Origin: Syntrophales bacterium
GTDB lineage: Bacteria; Desulfobacterota; Syntrophia; Syntrophales; UBA2210
Assembly (NCBI GenBank): GCA_963662405.2
Contig: CAXXKT010000003.1
Location: 480,001-544,000, forward strand
DNA: 64,000 nt
Reading direction: 5' to 3'
The notes under the pieces are model-generated. The model saw only the letters and a program-made list of their open reading frames with translations, ran no database searches and was not told where the DNA came from. Below are positions 26,516-38,000 of this stretch, piece by piece (position 1 is the stretch's first letter; every line of letters starts with the position of its first letter). The translations under genes were made by a program, and so were the position numbers.

Positions 26516-27184
26516 CTATTCCTTCAACGGTTTCTCAAAATGCTGATAATCCTTCAGCGAGGTCCAGTCGCCCCCCCACTCCCAGCCGAGCCCCACAAAG
26601 GTGCGCACGATGGGATGGTCCGCCGTCAGCGTTCCCGCGATGTTCGGATCGTACGCTGATCCCGGGGGGAGGATGGTCGTCCCCTTGATGTAGGGGTTCA
26701 GAAAAGGATTGATGTCAATCGCCCTACCGTACGCGTGTTTCGATAGGCGGGTGCCGCCCGTGATCACCCGGTAGTTGAAGGCGGAGGTATTGTTGGCCGC
26801 CATGGAGAGATCGTCGTCCCAGCGGCCGTTTTTGCGAAACCGCTTGTCTGAGATCGGAATGACGGAGGAGATGGGAAAGCGCTCACGGAGCGCCACTTCA
26901 AAGACGGTCCTGACGTCATCCGCCACCTCACTGTCAATGACCAGCTGCCCCTCGTGCACCTTCCTGTCGAAGGAGTAGTAGGTGACCGTGACGACCTTCT
27001 GCCGTGCGCGGATATCCGCCGGGCATGTTTCATCCAGGCCGTCAAAGGCTTCCTCCCGGGTCATTCGGCTGTCAATGATCGGTTCTCCCGGAGCCCCGGC
27101 ATAGGCCGAAGGGTCGACGGAAAAACCGGTAAGAACGAGCAAAAGGAAAAAGAACAACAGGAACACAAGACGGATGTGCTTCAT
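26516..27184 (-). CDS. M15-family metallopeptidase (D-Ala-D-Ala carboxypeptidase-like)
   Basis: NNTSAFNYR, SKHAYGRAIDINP (SxHxxGxAxD), WGGDW..DYQHFE. Confidence 0.88.
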   Translation of the reverse strand: MKHIRLVFLLFFFLLLVLTGFSVDPSAYAGAPGEPIIDSRMTREEAFDGLDETCPADIRARQKVVTVTYYSFDRKVHEGQLVIDSEVADDVRTVFEVALRERFPISSVIPISDKRFRKNGRWDDDLSMAANNTSAFNYRVITGGTRLSKHAYGRAIDINPFLNPYIKGTTILPPGSAYDPNIAGTLTADHPIVRTFVGLGWEWGGDWTSLKDYQHFEKPLKE

Positions 27185-27186
27185 TA

Positions 27187-28305
27187 TTAAAATGACCTCC
27201 AATCAAGGTATGAATACCGATTTCTGGTTCGGCCGAAGGCGTCAGCCGCTCTGAACGCGGAAAAGACCATTTCCGCCGTCACCGGCATCGGTTCGTTGTG
27301 CATGGTCTCGCCTTCCTTGCAGGCCGCCTCCGCCACCTTCATGAGGGAATCATCGAGGATATCCGCCAGACCGATATCAGCAAGCGTTGTCGGCAAGCCG
27401 ACGGCCTGGCAGAACGAAAAAACCTGTTCGATCACATCCATCGGTTTGTCCGTCAGGAAAAGCGACACCAGCGTGCCGATGGCGACCTTTTCGCCGTGAA
27501 AATAGCTCCTCGTTTGTGGCAGTACGGTCAGACCGTTATGGATGGCATGCGCGGCGGCGAGCCCGCCACTCTCGAATCCCAGCCCGCTCAATAGGGTATT
27601 CGCCTCCACGATATGTTCCAGGGCCGGCGTTGTGACCTGCGCTTCGCACGCCAGCCTGGCGGAAAGGCCGTATTCCATGAGCGCCTTGTAGCACAGTTCG
27701 GCCAATGCCAGGGCGGCCATAGAGCCGATGTCTCCCGCCATATTCGCGGCATAGTTTGCTCTGCACGATTCCGCTTCGAACCATGTGGCGAGGGCGTCCC
27801 CCATACCGGACACCAGAAACCGGACGGGGGCGTGCGCGATGATGGCCGTGTCGACCAGTACAAGCTCCGGATTCCGGGGAAAGAACAGATAGCGCTTGAA
27901 TGTCCCCGCCTGTGTGTAGATCACCGATAGCGCGCTGCAGGGGGCATCGGTAGAGGCGATCGTCGGCACAATGGCGACGGGGAGTTGTAATGAGTCAGCG
28001 ACCGCCTTTGCCGTGTCCAGGGTCTTCCCCCCGCCGATCCCGACGATGATGTCGGACTTCCCCCTCTCTGCCAGGGAGGACAGTCTGTCTATCTCTTCAT
28101 CCGAACATTCCCGTTGAAACGCCTCTGCGGTAAAGTGGATATGCTCTTGAATGGTGCCCCGGAGGGCAGGCAGTAGGTTCTCAAAAACAAAAGGGGTGCA
28201 GATACCGAAGAGATTTTGGCCGAACCGGGATATCTCGGAACCGAGTCTCTGAATGGCATGAGGACCCTGGACGTACCGACCGGGGAACAGCGTCGTACTG
28301 ATCAT
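27187..28305 (-). CDS. gldA: Glycerol dehydrogenase
   Basis: PGRYVQG, GIGGGKTLDTAKA, PTIASTDAPCSALSV, GLGFESGGLAAAHAIHNGL, HGEKVA. Confidence 0.93.
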   Translation of the reverse strand: MISTTLFPGRYVQGPHAIQRLGSEISRFGQNLFGICTPFVFENLLPALRGTIQEHIHFTAEAFQRECSDEEIDRLSSLAERGKSDIIVGIGGGKTLDTAKAVADSLQLPVAIVPTIASTDAPCSALSVIYTQAGTFKRYLFFPRNPELVLVDTAIIAHAPVRFLVSGMGDALATWFEAESCRANYAANMAGDIGSMAALALAELCYKALMEYGLSARLACEAQVTTPALEHIVEANTLLSGLGFESGGLAAAHAIHNGLTVLPQTRSYFHGEKVAIGTLVSLFLTDKPMDVIEQVFSFCQAVGLPTTLADIGLADILDDSLMKVAEAACKEGETMHNEPMPVTAEMVFSAFRAADAFGRTRNRYSYLDWRSF

Positions 28306-28439
28306 TCGACTCCTCTTTCTTCTTAATAGGGTAACACCGCTTATAATGTGTGGACTCGCAATAATCAATGACAAAAATCCGGTAAGCGAACCTTCGGTGA
28401 GCCTCGGTTGAAGCTTTGGGAGAAATGTTCAGGAGCGTG

Positions 28440-29411
28440 TCACGCTCCCTGGATTACGCGCACCCAATCAAGCGTATACCTCTGCGCCTTGTAGGCGTCG
28501 GGAGCCACGAAGAAACCGATATGCGACGCCTTGTCGATCCACAGTAACTGAGATCCTACAATGGCTTCATGGGCATAGGAGGCGTCGCGCGGCGGGACGT
28601 CGTTATCGGCGTCGCCGTGGATGATCAACGTCGGCGCACTGACCGTGTCGAGCGGCAGTTTGTCGATAGCCGCGCCAAGGGCGATATCGTTCTCCGCACC
28701 CGCTTTGCGCTCATCAAAGCGGTCACTCATGGTTTTGAACATGGCATCGATGAAGGCGAACTTGTTTTCATCGCTCACGATCTCCTTGACGCGCCGGCCC
28801 AGATCGTGTTTCTCTAGGGTGCTTTCGGTCCGCAGGAAACCTTTGACGACCGATGCCGGGAAATGCTTGAAGAAGTATCCCATCAACCATTGCCCCGGCC
28901 TGCTGAGATACATCCATTCCTCGACCTTGTTGATGTCGTCACCCTTGGTATAGTGCATGCTGATCCCGTCCATGATCACCAAGGCCTTCACCTTCTCCGG
29001 GTGGCGCTGTGCCAGTTGATATCCTGCCGGGCCTCCCCCGGAGGCACCGAATACGATTGCCCGGGGTATATGCAGGGCGTCCAGAAGGGCGGCCAACAGA
29101 TCCCCCTGTTCCTCGGCCCTCTTTCCGCATTGCGACGGTGTGTCGAGATATCCCGGCCGTGACGGCGCGATGATCGTGAAACCATTCTTGCGGAACAGTT
29201 CGCCCAGGACCAGTGCCTGGTCGTAGCCGCCGGGCCCGCCGTGGGCAACCAGGACCTCCGGTCCTTTACCCCTGACGGCGTATTCAACGGGACCGGAGGC
29301 CGTCTCGATGGTTTGCGACGGATAGGTCAAACAGGCCCGAAGATCATCCGCCGTAACGATCTGATTTTCAGGCAAAGACTCTGTGAGATCACGAGACAAT
29401 AAAACGGTCAT
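28440..29411 (-). CDS. Alpha/beta hydrolase
   Basis: HGGPGGYDQ, SRPGY, GASGGG, LIIHGDADNDVP, ASH. Confidence 0.87.
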   Translation of the reverse strand: MTVLLSRDLTESLPENQIVTADDLRACLTYPSQTIETASGPVEYAVRGKGPEVLVAHGGPGGYDQALVLGELFRKNGFTIIAPSRPGYLDTPSQCGKRAEEQGDLLAALLDALHIPRAIVFGASGGGPAGYQLAQRHPEKVKALVIMDGISMHYTKGDDINKVEEWMYLSRPGQWLMGYFFKHFPASVVKGFLRTESTLEKHDLGRRVKEIVSDENKFAFIDAMFKTMSDRFDERKAGAENDIALGAAIDKLPLDTVSAPTLIIHGDADNDVPPRDASYAHEAIVGSQLLWIDKASHIGFFVAPDAYKAQRYTLDWVRVIQGA

Positions 29412-29746
29412 AGATACGCCCCTTCAATGATTATATGATACCTTAGCACAGGACGGAAAGCAGATGCACGCCGATCAAACAATATCTCATCTGTGCCGGC
29501 ATAACTCAAATTCCGGCTCATTTTCCTGCGGCGTTGTATCTTTTGTATCCGGTGAAGGATACGCATCGGCTCCCCTTGATGATTCATGAAAGCCAACCAT
29601 CCTGGACATGGTATCGACCAAAGAGGCGACACCTTGAGGAACATCTTCGGTTTTCTGCTTTTCAATAGTCTGTGCCCTTGAAATATGCATAAGAATGATT
29701 AATTTGAAGGGTGTCTCAAGACTTTGGAAAGGAGATAGTGCACGCT

Positions 29747-30319
29747 ATGCTGAAGATGATGGCCGTCGGTCCGATCCAGGCCAACTGTTATATTCTGGGA
29801 TGCAAAGAGACTCTGGATGGTGCCGTCATCGACCCCGGGGGCGAGGCGCTTCGCATCGCGAAGGTGATAACCGATGCCGGTCTCAGAATCAAATATATCC
29901 TGATTACGCACGGACACCCGGATCATACCGGCGCCGCCCGGGAACTGAAAGGTATTGTCAAGGCCCCGGTGTGGATACACCGGCTGGATGCCTCTGGGCT
30001 GGGGTTTCCCCCCGACGGGGAACTCTTTGACGGCCAGGAGATCGAAGTCGGCACCTACCGGCTCACGGTGCTCCATACCCCCGGACATTCTCCCGGCGGT
30101 GTGAGCCTGTCCGCGCCGGGCGCGGTCTTTACGGGTGACACCCTTTTTTACGGTTCCATCGGACGCACCGACTTTCCGGGCGGCGACTACAACGGACTGA
30201 TCGATGGGGTGAGGGAAAAGATATTCCCCCTGGGGGACGATATCCGCGTCTATCCGGGGCACGGACCCGTCACCACCATCGGGCGGGAACGGCGGACGAA
30301 TCCGTTTTTCAGGCAGTGA
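29747..30319 (+). CDS. MBL-fold hydrolase (glyoxalase II / YcbL-like)
   Basis: NCYIL, IDPG, THGHPDHTG, HTPGHSPG, FTGDTLF..SIGRTD, YPGHG. Confidence 0.9.
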   Translation: MLKMMAVGPIQANCYILGCKETLDGAVIDPGGEALRIAKVITDAGLRIKYILITHGHPDHTGAARELKGIVKAPVWIHRLDASGLGFPPDGELFDGQEIEVGTYRLTVLHTPGHSPGGVSLSAPGAVFTGDTLFYGSIGRTDFPGGDYNGLIDGVREKIFPLGDDIRVYPGHGPVTTIGRERRTNPFFRQ

Positions 30320-30714
30320 CGGGTGAGATCAGGTGCCCAGGAGCGGCGACTCTCGGTACGAGGGTTAAATGCGCTTCATCTGAACCGGACACCCGGATAC
30401 CAAGAATAGGCAAGATGGCCTCCTAATTCCGCTCAGGATCTCATCGCCTTCAAGACCGCACGGCTCAAAGAAATCCGCTGCTCCGGAGGCGAGGGAATGG
30501 GGATGTTTCTAACGGAAACGCGAGGCTATACGTGAACGATGAAGAGCGGTTACAGTAGATAAAAACACGCAAGCCAACACCGTGTGTGACTGTATGATAC
30601 CGGGCCTCGGCGCCTTCTCCGGTGATCGTCAGGCCTCTGACACCCTTTCGGGTCGCCGGGTTCCCCCGCGATCATCAGCACCCCGCCCGCCCTGGTTCGG
30701 GAGGGGGGGTGCGC

Positions 30715-31203
30715 CTAGAGATCATAGAGGGTTTCGTCCACGCGGGGGGCCGGACGTTTCCCCCCCCGTGCGCTGGTATCTTCCAGTGAGAAGGGGTTTT
30801 CGTTGTCGAAGAGGTCGCCCATCTCCTCCTCGATCTTTTCGGGGTCCTCCCCCCGTTCCATCCTGCTGAGGGCGTCTTCCAGCTCCGGTTTGAGTCTGAG
30901 CCCGGTTGCCTCGGAGAGCTTTCTCATCATCGCTGCGGCCTGACGGGGATCGTCCTCGTCCATCCGTTCCGCCTCTCTCCCCAGCATCTCCATGGCACGG
31001 GCCATCTTTGCCTCGTCGATCGGGGGGAGGTTGTCTTCCGCTTCACCCTTTTGCCCGGAGACGACGGAGAAGATCGACATCCGGCGCTCCAGCTTTTTCG
31101 TCTTGCATTGGGGGCAGGAGGGGATCTTCTCGGTATTGACCGATTTTGAAAAGAAATTAAAGATAGTATTGCATCGTGCGCAGTAAAATTCATAGATGGG
31201 CAT
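30715..31203 (-). CDS. FmdB-family zinc-ribbon protein
   Basis: MPIYEFYCARC..CPQC..LERRMS. Confidence 0.85.
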   Translation of the reverse strand: MPIYEFYCARCNTIFNFFSKSVNTEKIPSCPQCKTKKLERRMSIFSVVSGQKGEAEDNLPPIDEAKMARAMEMLGREAERMDEDDPRQAAAMMRKLSEATGLRLKPELEDALSRMERGEDPEKIEEEMGDLFDNENPFSLEDTSARGGKRPAPRVDETLYDL

Positions 31204-31227
31204 AGCGTACCTCGTATTCAGGAAGAT

Positions 31228-34062
31228 TTATACTGATAAACGATCGTTCTGATCCGCGAGGATCCCTTTCAGAAAGCTCCCGGTGAGTGATTTTTCAGCG
31301 CGGGCTACCTCTTCCGGGGTCCCGGCGGCGACGATCTGTCCCCCCCCGTCTCCTCCTTCCGGACCCATGTCGATGATGTAGTCCGCCGACTTGATGACAT
31401 CAAGGTTGTGCTCTATCACCACGACGGTGTTCCCCATGTCAACCAGCCGTGAGAGGACGATGAGAAGCCGCTCGATATCGGCGAAGTGGAGGCCTATCGT
31501 CGGTTCGTCGAGGATGTAGAGTGTCCCGGTGGTCAGTCGTTTTCCCAGCTCCCGTGCCAGTTTGATCCGTTGTGCTTCTCCACCCGAGAAGGTTGTGGCC
31601 GACTGCCCCAGCTTGATGTATCCCATCCCCACGTCGAAGAGGAGCTGGAGCTTCGATCGTATCGGGGGGATATTGTCAAAGAAGGCAAGGGCCTGGTTGA
31701 CCGTCATGTCGAGGACATCGGCGATACTGCTCCCCTTGTAGCGTACCTCCAGGGTATCCCGGTTGAACCGTTTCCCGTGGCAGGCATCGCAGGTGATGTA
31801 CACATCGGGGAGAAAGTGCATCTCGATCTTTTTGACGCCTTCTCCCTGGCACGCCTCGCATCGTCCCCCTCTGACGTTGAAGCTGAAACGTCCCGGTTTA
31901 TAGCCCCGCACCCGCGCTTCGGGGAGCTGGCTGAAGAGATCGCGGATATGGGTCAGCACCCCCGTGTAGGTAGCGGGGTTCGATCGGGGGGTGCGCCCGA
32001 TCGGTTGCTGATCCATAGTGATGACCCGTTCTATGCCTCCAAAATCGCTCACCCTGCTTATCTTCCCCGACTTACCCCGGTACTGGTTCAGACGACGGCG
32101 AAGCGCTTTGTACAGGGTCTCGATGACCAGGGTACTCTTCCCCGACCCGGAGACACCGGTAACACAGGTAAAGACATTCGTGGGGACCCTGATATCGATA
32201 TCCTTGAGGTTGTTCTCCGATGCCCCCTCTATGACGATAAAACGACCCGAGGTCGGGCGTCGCTCCTCGGGGATGGGGATGGATAAGCGCCCCGAGAGGT
32301 ATTGCCCGGTGAGTGAAACATCCGATCTGAGGATCTCTTCCGGTGTCCCCTGAAAGATGATTTCCCCCCCATGAACCCCCGCCCCGGGGCCGACGTCGAT
32401 GATGTTATCGGCGCAGTTCATGATATCGGTGTCGTGTTCGACGACGAGGACGGTGTTTCCCATATCGCGGAGACGTTTCAGCGTGGCTGCGAGTCGCATG
32501 CTGTCTCGCGGATGAAGGCCGATTGTTGGTTCGTCCAGGACATAGAGGACGCCGACGAGGCCGGATCCGATCTGTGTGGCGAGACGAATCCGTTGCGCCT
32601 CTCCTCCCGAGAGGGTGCCGGATGATCGGGCGAGGCTGAGATAGTCCATACCAACGTCGATGAGGAAGGCCAGTCGTTCACGAATCTCCTTCCGTATCCG
32701 CTGGGAGATCAGTTCATCGGTATGCGAGAGGGAGAGACCATCGAAGAAGTGCATGCATTGCCGGATCGACAGCCGGCATATCTCGTCGATATTTTTCCCC
32801 CCCACCGTTACGGCAAGACTTTCTCTCTTCAGCCGTCCCCCTTCGCAGAGAGGGCAGTCGTTGACATTCATGTAGTGGGCCAGTTCCATGCGGGCACTGC
32901 CGTTTGCATCCTCCCGGTATGTCTCCTCCAGCTTTTCGAGGATGCCGACAAAACGTCGCTGATAGAAGTGTCGCCTCCCGCCCCGGTCGAAATAGAAGCC
33001 GATCTTCTCGTCACCCGAACCATGCAGAAGGACATGCCTGACCCGCTCGGGAAGTTTATTGAATGGGGTGTTGATGTCGAATTGGTAGTGGCGTGAAAGG
33101 GCTTCGAGCATCTGATGAAAGTAGATCGAGTCCTTACGCTCCCACGGGGCGATCGCCCCCTCCCGTATGGAGAGCCCGGGATCGGGAACGATCAGATTTT
33201 CATCGAAATAGATCTGTGTCCCCAGACCGCCGCACTCGGGGCAGGCCCCATACGGGCTGTTGAAGGAAAATATACGCGGGGCCAGTTCCGGCATGCTGAT
33301 GCCGCAGACGGGGCAGGCGTAATTTTCACTAAACACCATCTCCTCTTCGTCAAGGGCCTGAACGGTGACCAGTCCTTCCGAGAGTTTCAGGGCGATCTCG
33401 AATGAATCTCTCAGGCGTCTGCCGATATCGGCCTTGATGATCAGGCGGTCGACCACTACCTCGATGTTGTGGCGCTTGTTCTTTTCCAAGGGGATTTCTT
33501 CGGCAAGGTCTCTCACCATTCCATCGACGCGTACGCGGGCGAATCCCTCTTTACGAAGTGTTGTCAGTTCCTTATGAAACTCCCCCTTTTTCCCCCGGAC
33601 GATCGGGGACATGACGTTGATCTTCGTCCCTTCGGGGAGGGCCTGCACCCGGTCAGCCATCATGTCGACGGTCTGTGCCTCGATCGGCCGTCCGCAGTTG
33701 TAACAGTGGGGGATTCCCACCCGGGCGAAGAGGAGACGGAGATAGTCATATATCTCGGTGACTGTGCCGACCGTGGAACGAGGATTGCGGCTTGCCGTTC
33801 TTTGCTCAATGGCGATCGCGGGGGAAAGCCCCTCGATCGATTCGACCTCCGGCTTGTCCATCTGGCCGATGAACTGGCGCGCATATGTCGAGAGTGACTC
33901 CACATACCGCCGCTGTCCTTCGGCGTAGATGGTATCGAAGGCCAAAGAAGACTTCCCTGAACCGGAAACGCCGGTAATGACGACTAGTTGATCCCTTGGG
34001 ATGTCAAGATTGATATTCCTGAGGTTGTGTTGATTTGCACCTCGTATCTTAATATAATTCAT
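31228..34062 (-). CDS. uvrA: Excinuclease ABC subunit A
   Basis: GVSGSGKS twice, [13 protein letters not shown], zinc fingers, LSGGEAQRI. Confidence 0.98.
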   Translation of the reverse strand: MNYIKIRGANQHNLRNINLDIPRDQLVVITGVSGSGKSSLAFDTIYAEGQRRYVESLSTYARQFIGQMDKPEVESIEGLSPAIAIEQRTASRNPRSTVGTVTEIYDYLRLLFARVGIPHCYNCGRPIEAQTVDMMADRVQALPEGTKINVMSPIVRGKKGEFHKELTTLRKEGFARVRVDGMVRDLAEEIPLEKNKRHNIEVVVDRLIIKADIGRRLRDSFEIALKLSEGLVTVQALDEEEMVFSENYACPVCGISMPELAPRIFSFNSPYGACPECGGLGTQIYFDENLIVPDPGLSIREGAIAPWERKDSIYFHQMLEALSRHYQFDINTPFNKLPERVRHVLLHGSGDEKIGFYFDRGGRRHFYQRRFVGILEKLEETYREDANGSARMELAHYMNVNDCPLCEGGRLKRESLAVTVGGKNIDEICRLSIRQCMHFFDGLSLSHTDELISQRIRKEIRERLAFLIDVGMDYLSLARSSGTLSGGEAQRIRLATQIGSGLVGVLYVLDEPTIGLHPRDSMRLAATLKRLRDMGNTVLVVEHDTDIMNCADNIIDVGPGAGVHGGEIIFQGTPEEILRSDVSLTGQYLSGRLSIPIPEERRPTSGRFIVIEGASENNLKDIDIRVPTNVFTCVTGVSGSGKSTLVIETLYKALRRRLNQYRGKSGKISRVSDFGGIERVITMDQQPIGRTPRSNPATYTGVLTHIRDLFSQLPEARVRGYKPGRFSFNVRGGRCEACQGEGVKKIEMHFLPDVYITCDACHGKRFNRDTLEVRYKGSSIADVLDMTVNQALAFFDNIPPIRSKLQLLFDVGMGYIKLGQSATTFSGGEAQRIKLARELGKRLTTGTLYILDEPTIGLHFADIERLLIVLSRLVDMGNTVVVIEHNLDVIKSADYIIDMGPEGGDGGGQIVAAGTPEEVARAEKSLTGSFLKGILADQNDRLSV

Positions 34063-34087
34063 AGGTGATGTTGATGCCGGTCAAGTG

Positions 34088-35050
34088 TTACAATCGTATC
34101 TCGATAAGGGATTTTGCCCTCACTTCATCCATCCATTCTGCGAACTTTTTTTTCATTTTTTCGTTCCCTATCTTTCCGACAATCTCTTCCCGTACCTCTT
34201 GAATGGGTTTGATCCCCGCCCCCCTGCAGTCGATGATTTTGATGATGTGGAACCCGATGGGAGATTCGATGACGTCACTGACCTCGCCCTTTCGCAAGCT
34301 GAAGGCCGCCTTATCCACTGCGGGGAACATCAGCCCCTTTTCGACAAAACCCAGGTCTCCACCGCTCTCGGCGGCGGGTCCTTGAGAGTGTTTGCCGACC
34401 ATGATGGTGAACGATGTGCCACCCTTTATCTGGTGCAGGATTTCTTCTGACTGTGCCCGCAGCTTTTCTATGTCTCCGCTTTGGGCACCCTTCGGTTTCA
34501 TGATCAATATCTGCTGGAGTCTGTTTGCCTCTTTTCCTTCATATTCATCCCGGTGCTTGGCGTAATACGCCCCTATTTCCTCCTCGCCGACAGACACCTT
34601 CGATTTTACCGTTTTGTCTATCAGTCTTCGTTTGAGGCGCTCGCGTCTGATCTCATCTCTGTAATCCTTCATCGTCCCCCCTTCTCTTGCGAGGGCTTCC
34701 CTGAATTGTTCAGTCGTCAGGTTTTTGTCTTCCAGAATACTCTCAAAGATTGTTTCAACTTCTTTGTCGGTCACGTCGATCTTAAGCTTCGCCGCTTCCT
34801 GTGTGATGATCATACGCTCTATCATCTGTTTCACGATAGTTGTCCGTGCCTGACTCATCACCTTTGCACGTTTCTCCTCAGGGATCTGCTCAATACGCTC
34901 CATAACAGGCTGGAGGGCGGTCTCCAGCTCGGAAAGGGTGATGACGTCGTCATTTACAACGGCGATGATCCTGTCCTCGAAGGCAGCTGAGATCATCGTC
35001 GAGAAAAAAAGAAGCGCAATACCAACGATGCACGACATTAGTGATTTCAT
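34088..35050 (-). CDS. surA: SurA-like peptidyl-prolyl isomerase/chaperone
   Basis: DRIIAVVNDDVITLSEL, parvulin GGDLG..GEVSDVIESPIGFHIIK. Confidence 0.85.
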   Translation of the reverse strand: MKSLMSCIVGIALLFFSTMISAAFEDRIIAVVNDDVITLSELETALQPVMERIEQIPEEKRAKVMSQARTTIVKQMIERMIITQEAAKLKIDVTDKEVETIFESILEDKNLTTEQFREALAREGGTMKDYRDEIRRERLKRRLIDKTVKSKVSVGEEEIGAYYAKHRDEYEGKEANRLQQILIMKPKGAQSGDIEKLRAQSEEILHQIKGGTSFTIMVGKHSQGPAAESGGDLGFVEKGLMFPAVDKAAFSLRKGEVSDVIESPIGFHIIKIIDCRGAGIKPIQEVREEIVGKIGNEKMKKKFAEWMDEVRAKSLIEIRL

Positions 35051-35089
35051 GTTTTATTCCCCCACGGCGTTCGAAACTCATTCACGTTA

Positions 35090-38000
35090 TCAGAATGTTC
35101 CGCCTTCTTCAATCTTAAGTTCTTCGAGGAGTTCGAAGACCTGGGTAATGATCGCTTTTCCCCCGAGGTCCGGCATGGAGACAAGTAAGCGGTTGTCGGG
35201 TGTGAAGCGAACTTCTCCTGGTCGTTCCTGCGAGAGGGTGATGACCTTGGCAGGATCGAAGGAGCTGTCTCCCCGGAAGGCGATGGAGAGCTCCGAGCCG
35301 TTGTAGTCCATTTTTGTGCTCAGGATCCTTCGGAGTCGGTTCTTGATCCGCATGATATCCATCAGGGTGTCCACTTCGGGAGGGACCGGACCGTAACAGT
35401 CGGCGAGCCCTTCCCTGATCCCCGGCAGGTCGCTGTCAGAAGAGACCATCGATATCCTCTTGTAGGTCATCAGTCGGGTATGCGTGTCCGGGATGAAATC
35501 GTCCGGAATGAATGCCGGGACGCCGAGATTGATCTCGGGATCGATCTCCTCTCCGGGGTATCGCTCTCCTTTCAAGTCACGGATGGTCTTTTCCATCATC
35601 TCCGTGTAGAGCTCGTAGCCGATGGCGGATACATGCCCTGATTGGGATATACCCAGGACGCTCCCGCCCCCGCGGATTGTCAGATCGTGTGTCGCCACCT
35701 TGAACCCCGACCCCGGCTCCGAAAACTCCCGTGCGATCTCGAGCCGTTTCCGCGCGTCGCGTGAGAGGATGGATTCCTCGGGGATGAGGAGATAGGCATA
35801 GGCATGTTCATTGCCCCGTCCGACCCGTCCCCGCAATTGATAGAGCTGAGAGAGGCCGAACCGGTCGGCCCGGTTGATGATGATGGTGTTGGTCGCCGGT
35901 ATGTCGACGCCGGAGCTTATGATCGTGGTGGAGACAAGGATATCGAAGTCCCGGCGGACGAATCCGACCATGATGTCTTCGAGTTCCTTGGCTTTCATCT
36001 GGCCGTGGGCAACGGCGATCTTTGCCGAGGGAACCAGTTTCCCGATCAGACGCGCGACGCTGTATATGGACCGAACGCGGTCATGAATAAAGAAGATCTG
36101 CCCCCCCCGAGCGAGTTCACGCTCGATTGCTTTCCTGACAAGGTCCTCGTTGAATTCGGCCAGGTGAACCTCGACGGGACGACGTTCCTGCGGAGGGGTT
36201 TCGATAATGGACAGGTCTCGTATCCCGATAAGAGAAAGCTGAAGGGTCCTCGGTATGGGGGTTGCTGTCAGGGTGAGGACGTCGACAAGCGTCCGGAGCT
36301 TCTTCAGCCTTTCCTTGTGCGTGACACCGAACCGTTGTTCCTCGTCTATCACCACCAGGCCGAGATCCTTGAATCCGACATCTTTCTGCAGGAGCCGGTG
36401 TGTGCCGATAACGATGTCCACGAGGCCGCTCCGTATATCGGCGACGATTTTTTTCTGTTCGGCACTTGTCTTGTACCGGTTCAGGACCTCGATGCGGACG
36501 GGATATGGTATGAATCGTTCGGTAAAGGTCCGGTAGTGCTGTTCCGCGAGGATGGTCGTGGGGACGAGGACCGCCACCTGCCTGCCATCCATCGAGGCCC
36601 TGAAGGAGGCCCGCAGTATCACCTCTGTCTTTCCGAACCCGGCATCGCCGCAGACGAGCCGGTCCATCGGCTTCGCATCGCTCATGTCGTGGTAGACATC
36701 TTCGATCGCCCGCGCCTGGTCGGGGGTCTCCTCGAATGGGAATGACGACGAAAATTCTTCATAATCCCTACCCGTGGAGGAAAAGCGGTGTCCCTGCATC
36801 ACCTCCCTGGCGGCGTAGATCGCGACCAGTTCCTCGGCGATCACCCGTACCGACTCCTTGACCTTCTTCTTGACCGCCTCCCAGGAGGTGCCACCCAGTT
36901 TATCCACCGGGGGGGTGTGACCGTCGGGACCGATATACCGCTGTATCTGGTTCAAGCGGTCAACCGGGATATAGAGTCGGTCTTGGTCACGGTACTCAAG
37001 GAGGAGAAAGTCGCTCTCCACGGTGCCGAAGGTCAACCGCTCGAGTCCCTGGTACCGGCCGATACCGTGATCCACGTGGACGACGAAATCGCCCTTTTCC
37101 AATTCTCCAAAGGATCTGAGGAAATACCCTTCCCGAGCACTCCCTTTGCGTCTCCTGCGGATTTTTTTCCCGAATATTTCCTCTTCGCTGACGATGACCG
37201 TCTTCAGCGGGGGATAGGAAAATCCATTGCTAATCCGCCCTTCTCTGATGAGGAGACGCCCCTCTGCGCCGGATGTGAGATCAGCAAAAAGAGGACCGTC
37301 CGGCCGGTAGACGGGAAGTGCGTATTCTTCCAGGAGACGTTCCATCTTGTCGATGCTTCCCTCAGCGCAGAGGAAGTGCACCCGTGTGCCTTCGGCGATC
37401 CATGACCGGGCCCTCTCCGCGAGGGGGGCGAGGATGCCATCCTGCTGTGCGTGATGCTCGGCATCGGTCTTCAGTGTGAGGTCATTCGTCTCGAATGAGA
37501 TCGGATCCATGGCCTGCAGCCGACCGGTATAGACCTTTTGCAGGGGGTATATCTTTCGGGAAAGTTCATCCCACGATGCCAGGAATCGTTCCTTTTCGAG
37601 GAAAAACCTCCCCTCGTCTTCGGCCTTCCGCGCAATCCGATCCGCATTGTTTATGGCTTCCTCCGCGGCCTTCTCCATCACGCCGGGACTCTCACAGATG
37701 ACCACCGGATTCCCGGGATGATAATCCAAGAGGGTGCTCAGACCGTTTGACATACCATCTGTTTCCGGATCTTCGTAAAATAGAGGCAGGAGTTGCAGGT
37801 TTGTCAGGGAGAGCACGTCTTGCTCGATACCTTCGATAAGCCGGCTCCTCCGCGACTGTGATATCCCCGATTCATTGAACCGGCTCCTCAGGTTTCGCAG
37901 TACCCGTCTCTTCGATTTTTCGGACAGAATCACCTCTCCCGCGGGGGCCAGGGTGAAATCGACAACCTCTTGCAGGGATCGCTGTGTTGCGGGATCAAAT

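Noticed and set aside
30320..30714. RNase P RNA, tmRNA, SRP RNA or cobalamin riboswitch
   Set aside because: I could not find the hallmark sequences (GAGGAAAGTCC, tRNA-like ends, the SRP GGAA-loop motif, B12 box) on either strand.
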